From IMG/VR virus record IMGVR_UViG_3300021964_000016: 64,000 nt of DNA; one strand, given 5' to 3'. The notes below the pieces were generated by a model that worked only from the letters and a program-made list of their open reading frames with translations, did not search any database and was not told where the DNA came from. Below, piece after piece: positions 58,025 through 64,000 of this stretch. The position numbers and the translations under genes were made by a program. Within the stretch, counting starts at the first letter, position 1. Every line of letters starts with the position of its first letter. This DNA is from a virus.

Positions 58025-58732
58025 TTAATTTCCCTTTTTGAACATTTCTTTAGTCATTATATAGTCGCGAACGAAATCCGAACGAATAATATCTTTCCAA
58101 CCAAACTCAATTATAGAGAAATTTCTCATAATTTCTATAATACTTATAAACTCTCTCAGTCCGTTCTTATCGCCCTGCTTCACAAAGTCTGATTGATAGT
58201 AGTCCCCAGAAAAAATAATTCTAGAGTCCAGTCCAACACGAGTAATTACTGAGTCTAATTCATGAAAGGTCAAGTTCTGCATTTCATCAACGATGATGAT
58301 TGCGTTGTCGAAAGTTGTTCCTCGAATAAAAGAAGTAGAATGAAACTCTACGCTTCTCTGTTCTACAAGTTGCTGATATGCGCCACTAGTATCAAACAAG
58401 TCATCGCATATAGAAATATAAGGTGTAATAAAGGGAAGCAACTTTTCTTCTGCTGTTCCTGGTAAAAACCCGACTTCTCTGGTAGGAACAACTGAACGAA
58501 TTATGTGCACAGTTTCCCATGGGGTATTTTTATCAAGGACATCTTGCAGTGCTAAGTACAACGCAGTAAAAGTCTTACCCGTACCCGCACTGCCACTGAG
58601 AACTAGATGATCTCCATCTTTCCAAGATTCTCTAGCAACTTTTTGAGTTTCTGTTAAAGGGTCGAATACACCAAGGTCGTCTATACGCAACTTTCGTTGA
58701 GACTCAAACTTCTGACGTTTTGTTTGGGTCAT
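58025..58732 (-). CDS. phoH: PhoH-like ATPase
   Basis: GSAGTGKT, GFLPG..EEK, FIRG.TF, IVDE.QN, ITRVG..S, GD..Q.D, DIIRS. Confidence 0.95.
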   Translation of the reverse strand: MTQTKRQKFESQRKLRIDDLGVFDPLTETQKVARESWKDGDHLVLSGSAGTGKTFTALYLALQDVLDKNTPWETVHIIRSVVPTREVGFLPGTAEEKLLPFITPYISICDDLFDTSGAYQQLVEQRSVEFHSTSFIRGTTFDNAIIIVDEMQNLTFHELDSVITRVGLDSRIIFSGDYYQSDFVKQGDKNGLREFISIIEIMRNFSIIEFGWKDIIRSDFVRDYIMTKEMFKKGN

Positions 58733-58968
58733 TATGTTTTTATAGTATTACCACGACGGCCAGTGTTCTTCTTCATATTCTTAAGAAGATCTTTCCAACC
58801 ATCTGAAGTTTTAGATAAAGTGCCGTTAACATGAGTCACTAATGCTGCACTGCTCTTATGGACCTGTACCCATTCTCCTGCATCTACTTTCTCTTTCAGA
58901 GCAGTATAAGTACACATGACTTCTTTCTCTTCTCCAGTAGAAGTGTCTCTTACGTCGTAAAAAGGCAT
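58732..58968 (-). CDS. Small conserved protein (78 aa, MPFYDVRD...), FmdB-like without the zinc cysteines
   Basis: GGAGA SD before MPFY; typical gene upstream of phoH in T4-like phages. Confidence 0.6.
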   Translation of the reverse strand: MPFYDVRDTSTGEEKEVMCTYTALKEKVDAGEWVQVHKSSAALVTHVNGTLSKTSDGWKDLLKNMKKNTGRRGNTIKT

Positions 58969-59018
58969 TAATGGTTCTCCATAAAAGTAGTATATCACTG
59001 GGGGCAGCGACAGATTCT

Positions 59019-59046
59019 ATTATACTTATTTCTTTTAAAAAGTAAA
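59019..59046 (-). promoter_or_regulatory. Probable sigma70-type promoter TTTACT-N16-TATAAT
   Basis: Perfect -10 right after a terminator. Confidence 0.5.
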
Positions 59047-59055
59047 GCAAAACGA

Positions 59056-59078
59056 TGCCCTATTCGAAAATAGGGCAC
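59056..59078 (-). terminator. Intrinsic terminator
   Basis: Minus strand gtgccctatt-ttcg-aatagggcat then cgttttgcttt. Confidence 0.7.
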
Positions 59079-59097
59079 GAGATACTGATCACCTTCC

Positions 59098-59274
59098 TTA
59101 TTGGTTAACCGCGAGGGAGTTCTGAATTTCTAGAATGTAGTCGTCTAGAAACTGTCTCTTTTTTTCAACCTTATGTGCTAGTTCGTTTTTTCCTTTTCTA
59201 TTAAGTTTGTGGACGTAATGCCCTAACTCTGCGCTATCCTTGCGTAACCTTTCTAACTGATTTGTCGATACCAT
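59098..59274 (-). CDS. Small helical protein (58 aa, MVSTNQLERLRKDSAELGHYVHKLNRKGK...), not in ORF track
   Basis: AAGGAG SD, clean ORF filling the gap. Confidence 0.7.
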   Translation of the reverse strand: MVSTNQLERLRKDSAELGHYVHKLNRKGKNELAHKVEKKRQFLDDYILEIQNSLAVNQ

Positions 59275-59295
59275 AGGCGACTCCTTGGTTAAAAT

Positions 59296-59748
59296 TTAGG
59301 AAGTCATAATCAAGTTGGGAACTGCCTCCTTCACTGTTTCAACTGACAACCCTTTTGGCGGCGTCTTGGACAACATGTCGCAAAGCAGTTCCGCGTCAGC
59401 AGGGTGTACAGATTCTAGCACTCCAATAAACATAGTCTCCCTTTTTAGCGGGTGCATATGATCCGCTTTGAGACCTTTTACAAAGTATTGGAGTTTGGTG
59501 TTTTGCTTGTGCCAACTAGAAGGAAATTTGTCCTCTTCAGCAGGGGTGAATGGCGGACGTCCTTCTGGCAGAAGAAGTTGGATTCGATCATCAAAGAGGC
59601 ATCTAAGATAATCGGAAAAAGAAGAATACATTTTTGAGTATTCGCGAATCAATTCTACTCTCTTACTTTCATCAGACTTTTCGATGAGTTCAACGATTTC
59701 GTACAATTCCAACCTGGACTTCTTACCTTGTTGAAGTTCAGTTATCAT
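59296..59748 (-). CDS. Conserved hypothetical protein (150 aa)
   Basis: FD......LPEG.PP, L.YF.KG, KRE.MFI..LE.VHP.DAELL pattern of marine T4-like phages. Confidence 0.7.
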   Translation of the reverse strand: MITELQQGKKSRLELYEIVELIEKSDESKRVELIREYSKMYSSFSDYLRCLFDDRIQLLLPEGRPPFTPAEEDKFPSSWHKQNTKLQYFVKGLKADHMHPLKRETMFIGVLESVHPADAELLCDMLSKTPPKGLSVETVKEAVPNLIMTS

Positions 59749-59766
59749 AATCTCCTCGCTACAATA

Positions 59767-60198
59767 TTATATAGGATTATCAACATTACTACTTAGGTGT
59801 TTTCTAGAGATACGACAATTTATAATTCCATTGTAGTATTCGTCATTTAAAAGGACTTCTCTATCGAACTGCTCTTTTGCTTCGTAGTACGAGCAGTCAC
59901 CTTTGGTTTTACACAACCTGATTATTTCTCGTTTGAAAGCATCGGCACCTTTCTGTTCTAATAAAAGTTTTACCGCTTCAGAACTACCGAAATAACCTTT
60001 CCAGTCTGATTCTACTCGCATATGTTTCCTACGCTTTCGACTTTTAGTCACTGGCAGTGTTTTCTTTTTGTGAAAAAATTTTTTGCCGACATACTTCATA
60101 CCTGTTTCTATTTCAGTTATGACGTACACAAACCCTGTCCATTCTTGGAGCGATTCGTATTCTGGGTCAAAAACTTTTCCTTCGTAGTGCCAAGTCAT
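59767..60198 (-). CDS. GIY-YIG endonuclease, EndoII/DenA-like (start MTW)
   Basis: GFVY.IT....G.KYVGKK, ESDWK.Y.GSS, F.REI, E...QF...VL....YYN. Confidence 0.85.
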   Translation of the reverse strand: MTWHYEGKVFDPEYESLQEWTGFVYVITEIETGMKYVGKKFFHKKKTLPVTKSRKRRKHMRVESDWKGYFGSSEAVKLLLEQKGADAFKREIIRLCKTKGDCSYYEAKEQFDREVLLNDEYYNGIINCRISRKHLSSNVDNPI

Positions 60199-60320
60199 GC
60201 TTCTACTGGAGACGCGCACATAGGACAATACGCTGGTTCAGCATCACAATTTTCATCTAAAATTATTTCACAGTGAGATTCGCAGACGTCGCAAATAACG
60301 TCAAACACATACTCTTCCAT
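60195..60320 (-). CDS. Small zinc-ribbon/rubredoxin-like protein (41 aa), not in ORF track
   Basis: MEEYVFDVICDVCESHCEIILDENCDAEPAYCPMCASPVEA: two CxxC motifs, ATGA overlap with nuclease. Confidence 0.75.
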   Translation of the reverse strand: MEEYVFDVICDVCESHCEIILDENCDAEPAYCPMCASPVEA

Positions 60321-60322
60321 TA

Positions 60323-60754
60323 TTAATCTCTCGCTATCTTTCCTGTTTCGTACAGATATTCTCTATTAGTTATATGCTCTTGAGCAATGTCGTCTTTTGA
60401 TTGCCCGAAATACCTAACCCCGAGTTTGTTTTCAATCATAATTTCGTTCACGGGGCGGTATGCGTCTTTTGAAGCATCGTACACGATAAACTCTCCCAAG
60501 ATTCGACCATACTTTCCCTTTCCGTCTTTCCTAGTTCGAAGAACCGCTTCTTCACCCAAAGAGTTTACCAGATAATCTTTTGCGAGCAACCCACACTTTT
60601 TCTCTTCGAGGTTTCTCGTTCTAGACTCTGGAGTATCGATGCCATAGAGTCTAACCCTTTGTTTCTTTAACCAAACGCCAAACCCGAGATCGATATCAAC
60701 ATCAACCGTGTCTCCGTCGACAACCTTTATTACTTTGCAATTATATTCGAACAT
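60323..60754 (-). CDS. Thermonuclease (SNase-like)
   Basis: KVVDGDTVDV.IDLGF, RVRLYGIDTPESRT, GKYGRILG. Confidence 0.9.
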   Translation of the reverse strand: MFEYNCKVIKVVDGDTVDVDIDLGFGVWLKKQRVRLYGIDTPESRTRNLEEKKCGLLAKDYLVNSLGEEAVLRTRKDGKGKYGRILGEFIVYDASKDAYRPVNEIMIENKLGVRYFGQSKDDIAQEHITNREYLYETGKIARD

Positions 60755-60993
60755 TACAGCACCTTTTTAAGATGATAACCCACAGGTTGTAAAAGTTTGA
60801 ATGTATTTTTACAACCTTCTGTGTCAATAAACACAAAGTGGGTTTCGGATATTTTTTTAATTTTTTTAACCTTAAAGGTTTGTGGGTTTCCCTTGGATAC
60901 TTTGGTTCCGTCTGGTTGTTCTACTGTTTCTCCTGGGAAAAATATAGTCAACTCCCACTCGTCATGTAACCATTTTTTTATAGACTGCTTCAT
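60754..60993 (-). CDS. Hypothetical protein (79 aa)
   Basis: In-operon ORF coupled to neighbours. Confidence 0.6.
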   Translation of the reverse strand: MKQSIKKWLHDEWELTIFFPGETVEQPDGTKVSKGNPQTFKVKKIKKISETHFVFIDTEGCKNTFKLLQPVGYHLKKVL

Positions 60994-60996
60994 ATC

Positions 60997-61068
60997 TTAC
61001 CGTACACTAAAATACATGGTCACTTCGAACCCAGCACGGATAACGATTGCTTCTGGTTTGTTCCACAT
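60997..61068 (-). CDS. pqqA: Coenzyme PQQ precursor peptide PqqA (23 aa, MWNKPEAIVIRAGFEVTMYFSVR), not in ORF track
   Basis: Matches PqqA consensus MWxKP.....R.GFEVTMY...R including the E-x-x-x-Y pair; purine-rich SD (AAGGGG/AAGGT) upstream; fills intergenic gap exactly. Confidence 0.9.
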   Translation of the reverse strand: MWNKPEAIVIRAGFEVTMYFSVR

Positions 61069-61079
61069 ACCTTTCCCCT

Positions 61080-61589
61080 TTATGCGATAATACTTATTGA
61101 TGTTCTTTCGTCAGAAAGAACATCGACCTTGTGAGAAACTCCTTTTGGCATAAAAAATATATGCCCAGGTTCTACTATTTGTTCTCTTATTTCCCCTCGG
61201 TGCCCTTCTGCCCCCGAAATCTCAAACCAAGTCCATTTTGTGACACCAAGTATGTTAAATGCCCAAACCTCATAATTGTCAACGTGCCAACCAAGACTAG
61301 AGTTTGCCCCTTCGTGAAGTCCAATAAACATAGAAATGTTTATACATTTATGGTACTCCATCATCTCCTTAAAAACTTTTGGGAACGTCTTTTTATCTTT
61401 ATCGCACCAACCATAATGCCTATAGACTGTACTGGAGTCTACTCGACTTTTCATTTCTGAGTGCCATTTACCAGGAGCTTCTGACATGATATAGTCAGTA
61501 TCGGGAAGAGCATCAAACCATTTTTTGGGCATAGTCTGGTAAGAAGTCCCCCATTGTGCGTTTGGTTTATCATAATATTTAGGTTCCAA
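61080..61589 (-). CDS. JmjC/cupin-like 2OG-Fe(II) oxygenase (169 aa)
   Basis: LGWHVDNYEV...N..G.T.W, PG...F.PKG..H.V...R.SISI. Confidence 0.8.
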   Translation of the reverse strand: MEPKYYDKPNAQWGTSYQTMPKKWFDALPDTDYIMSEAPGKWHSEMKSRVDSSTVYRHYGWCDKDKKTFPKVFKEMMEYHKCINISMFIGLHEGANSSLGWHVDNYEVWAFNILGVTKWTWFEISGAEGHRGEIREQIVEPGHIFFMPKGVSHKVDVLSDERTSISIIA

Positions 61590-61590
61590 A

Positions 61591-62568
61591 TTATGCCGCT
61601 CCCCAAACCTCTTTCCAGTCTCCAGTTAATGCCCCGCGAGCATAATCTGTAGCACGGTTCTCAAAAAAGTTTGTGTGTGTTGGCGCGTTAATCATTTCTT
61701 CGACCCAAAGTAAAGGGTTCTTCTTCACTTTAAAGATACCCTTCATGCCCAAAGAGATAAGGCGACGATCTGCGATGTACCGAATATATGCCTTAACTTC
61801 TTCTTGAGTAAGTCCTTCCATTGGACCCATGGCAAACGCCAGATCGATAAACTTGTCCTCGAGTTCTACCATCTTTTCTGCAATAGAGTAGATCGTTGAT
61901 TTCAACTGATCGTTCCAAATCTCGATATTCTCTTCTATGTAGGTTCGGAATAGTTTGATCATAGACTCGGCGTGCATAGTCTCGTCGACGATAGACCAAG
62001 TTACAATCTGTCCCATGCCCTTCATCTTACCATGACGCGGAAAGTTGAGTAGCATGATGAAAGAACTGAACAGTTGCATACCTTCGGTGAAGGCAGAGAA
62101 CGCGGCGATATTAGCAGCAACAGATTCTTTGGTGCCGTTATTTGCGGAAAGGTTTAGAAAATACTCGTGCTTCTCTCGCATTGCCTCGTACTCGAGGAAC
62201 TCGTTGTATGTAGACTCAGGCATACCCAAGGTCTCTATCAAATGCGAATAAGCAGCAACGTGGAGTGCTTCTCTCGCGGCGAATCCCATAAGCATCATAC
62301 GAACTTCTGGTTGTGGGAAATAAGGAAGATAGTTCGAAACATATCCACCCGCAACATCGATATCACCCTGAGTAAAAAATCGAAAAATATTGGTCAAAAA
62401 TGCTCGCTCTTCAATAGTGAGTTTTCTTTGCCAATCCTTTACATCTTCTGCCATTGGAACTTCCGTGTGTAACCAATGAGACTGCTCATGTTTCAACCAA
62501 GCATCATATGCCCATGGATAGTTGAAAGGTTTGAAGTGGTCCCTGTTGTCCGTAATTGATAGTTGCAT
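61591..62568 (-). CDS. nrdB: Ribonucleotide reductase class Ia beta subunit
   Basis: KPF.YPWA, FFTQGD, REALH...Y, TEGMQLFSSF, VDETMH, NFFE. Confidence 0.97.
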   Translation of the reverse strand: MQLSITDNRDHFKPFNYPWAYDAWLKHEQSHWLHTEVPMAEDVKDWQRKLTIEERAFLTNIFRFFTQGDIDVAGGYVSNYLPYFPQPEVRMMLMGFAAREALHVAAYSHLIETLGMPESTYNEFLEYEAMREKHEYFLNLSANNGTKESVAANIAAFSAFTEGMQLFSSFIMLLNFPRHGKMKGMGQIVTWSIVDETMHAESMIKLFRTYIEENIEIWNDQLKSTIYSIAEKMVELEDKFIDLAFAMGPMEGLTQEEVKAYIRYIADRRLISLGMKGIFKVKKNPLLWVEEMINAPTHTNFFENRATDYARGALTGDWKEVWGAA

Positions 62569-62571
62569 GCA

Positions 62572-63126
62572 TTATCCTTTGTTTTCTGTTTTGTTGAACC
62601 AAGTTACTAGTACGATTCTATGACCATCATAAACTTTGCTCACTCCATGAGTCAAGTTTGGACCATAAACTAAACTTTCACCATCATCAACTTTCACCAC
62701 ATCCATTATAATTTGCTGACCATAGGGGGGAGCATCTTGTTCGCGAGAATGCCGCGCCACCTGATTTCCCATTGGTCTGCTCTTTAATTTATACTCTGCT
62801 CTAACTAAAGATTCTCCACCAACCAACTCCTTTGTTTTTAGTAAAGTAACAATTGTCAAATCCGAGTTGTTGTCTTCGTGCATTCTTGTAAAAGAATCTT
62901 TTTCATATTTTAAAAAATATGCCCCCTTATCTCCTGGCATCTTTGAATACTTTTTCAAAGTATTATAGAAACCGTATTGTAGTGGGGTTGGAACATCTCT
63001 TCTTTCAACATCAAACAAGTTGTAGTTTTGATGCCAAAAAACAGGAGAGAGACTTTCGTATATTTCTAGTGCTTCTTTTATTTCATCACCGGAAAGAATT
63101 CTTTCCTTAATATAACCACTCACCAA
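62572..63126 (-). CDS. 2OG-Fe(II) oxygenase (184 aa)
   Basis: Y...SF...HED, LT.V.LL, GG, HGV..V..G.R.VLV.WF. Confidence 0.8.
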   Translation of the reverse strand: MVSGYIKERILSGDEIKEALEIYESLSPVFWHQNYNLFDVERRDVPTPLQYGFYNTLKKYSKMPGDKGAYFLKYEKDSFTRMHEDNNSDLTIVTLLKTKELVGGESLVRAEYKLKSRPMGNQVARHSREQDAPPYGQQIIMDVVKVDDGESLVYGPNLTHGVSKVYDGHRIVLVTWFNKTENKG

Positions 63127-64000
63127 TTATCCCTCGCAAGCGATACACTCTTCATTATTAACGATAGCAACCATATCAATTTCTTTGATTGCTTCTCTTT
63201 CGATCTTCTTAGAAACGCGATCTGCCTTTCCAAGTTTTTCAGAGCGACAATAGTACAAAGTCTTCAACCCTTTCTTCCACGCCAAGAAATGGACAGCATG
63301 CAAGTAAACGATATTCGCGTCTGGTCTAAAGAACAGATTCAAAGACTGCGCTTGATCGATAAACTGTTGCCGATCAGCAGCGTGCTCAATAACCCAACGT
63401 TGATCAATTTCCATAGAGGTCTTGAATACGTCTTTTTCTTCTTGGGTCAGAAACCGAAGATGCTGAGCAGAACCATCGTTAGCAATAATGCTTGACCAAA
63501 TTTCATCATAGTCTTGCTTTGTTTCGCCCGACTGAATTTTTGCTTTTATGAGTTGATCCAAATATCGGTTTTTATTTAAATGTGAACCAGACAATGTATC
63601 CTGACGGTATGCGTTTGCTCGCCAAGGTTCTATAGAAGGAGAAGTATTGCCCATAATGATAGAGGAACTAGCATTAGGCGCAACAGCCATAACATGAGAA
63701 AATCTCTTTCCAGTTCCTTCTGCGTCTGGTGCTTCTCCTCGTTCTTTACCGATCTCGAGGTTTGCTTCATCGAGTTTCCTCCGGATGAGAGAAAATATCC
63801 TGTTGTTAGTAACCTTTGCCATGGCACAATCCCATGGTAGGTTTTTCTTTTGTAGATAAGCATGAAACCCAAGGGCACCGATACCGATCGAACGCTCTCG
63901 CATTGCGGAGAACTTAGCACGAGCAACTGTATCTGGCGCGTTGTCAATAAAAAATTGCAACACGTTGTCCAACATCTCTGCCATGTCTTTCAAAAACAAT
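63127..64000 (-). CDS. nrdA: Ribonucleotide reductase class Ia alpha subunit, 3' part (runs off window)
   Basis: ERSIGIG.LG, AVAPNASSS, SPSIEP, RQ.FIDQAQSLNLF, GLKTLYY, C-terminal CIACEG. Confidence 0.97.
   Translation of the reverse strand, partial: LFLKDMAEMLDNVLQFFIDNAPDTVARAKFSAMRERSIGIGALGFHAYLQKKNLPWDCAMAKVTNNRIFSLIRRKLDEANLEIGKERGEAPDAEGTGKRFSHVMAVAPNASSSIIMGNTSPSIEPWRANAYRQDTLSGSHLNKNRYLDQLIKAKIQSGETKQDYDEIWSSIIANDGSAQHLRFLTQEEKDVFKTSMEIDQRWVIEHAADRQQFIDQAQSLNLFFRPDANIVYLHAVHFLAWKKGLKTLYYCRSEKLGKADRVSKKIEREAIKEIDMVAIVNNEECIACEG

Noticed and set aside
59767-60198. GIY-YIG gene as a mobile homing endonuclease or intron
   Set aside because: Short, no DNA-binding tail, not interrupting a gene; fits EndoII-like core gene
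61591-64000. Intron/intein in nrdA or nrdB, or a non-canonical RNR class
   Set aside because: Visible frames are continuous and of normal length; iron ligands and radical Tyr are present
1-64000. tRNA or rRNA genes
   Set aside because: Intergenic gaps are short and none showed a cloverleaf by eye; tRNAscan-SE would be the definitive check

Overview
A 64-kb segment of a T4-like myophage genome, probably marine, with almost all genes on the minus strand. Left to right: (i) tail-fibre/virion genes, several highly repetitive, with an embedded glycosyltransferase/cupin/chaperone-like trio; (ii) baseplate wedge and hub genes (DUF4815/VrlC-like, gp8, gp9, gp7, gp6, gp25, a split gp5 locus with amidase, gp27-like, gp53, gp48, gp4, tape-measure-like, gp51, gp26, gp54-like, gp2); (iii) hsp20, gp32, gp33 and small early genes behind two conserved sigma70-type promoters; (iv) a nine-gene glycan synthesis/tailoring cluster; (v) endolysin, phoH, nucleases, 2OG-Fe(II) oxygenases, nrdB and the 3' part of nrdA. 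T4 late promoters (TATAAATA) are frequent. Most notable: an unannotated 23-aa pqqA (PQQ precursor peptide) gene; a secreted 64-aa protein that is little more than a signal peptide plus a TonB box; strong Asp-Ser enrichment in outer virion proteins (candidate sequon for a phage-encoded virion glycosylation system); two paralogous fibre genes with mirror-symmetric giant-hairpin architecture; a ROSE-type RNA thermometer in the hsp20 leader; and a gene-32-type pseudoknot. All family calls come from motif recognition by eye; no database searches were run.
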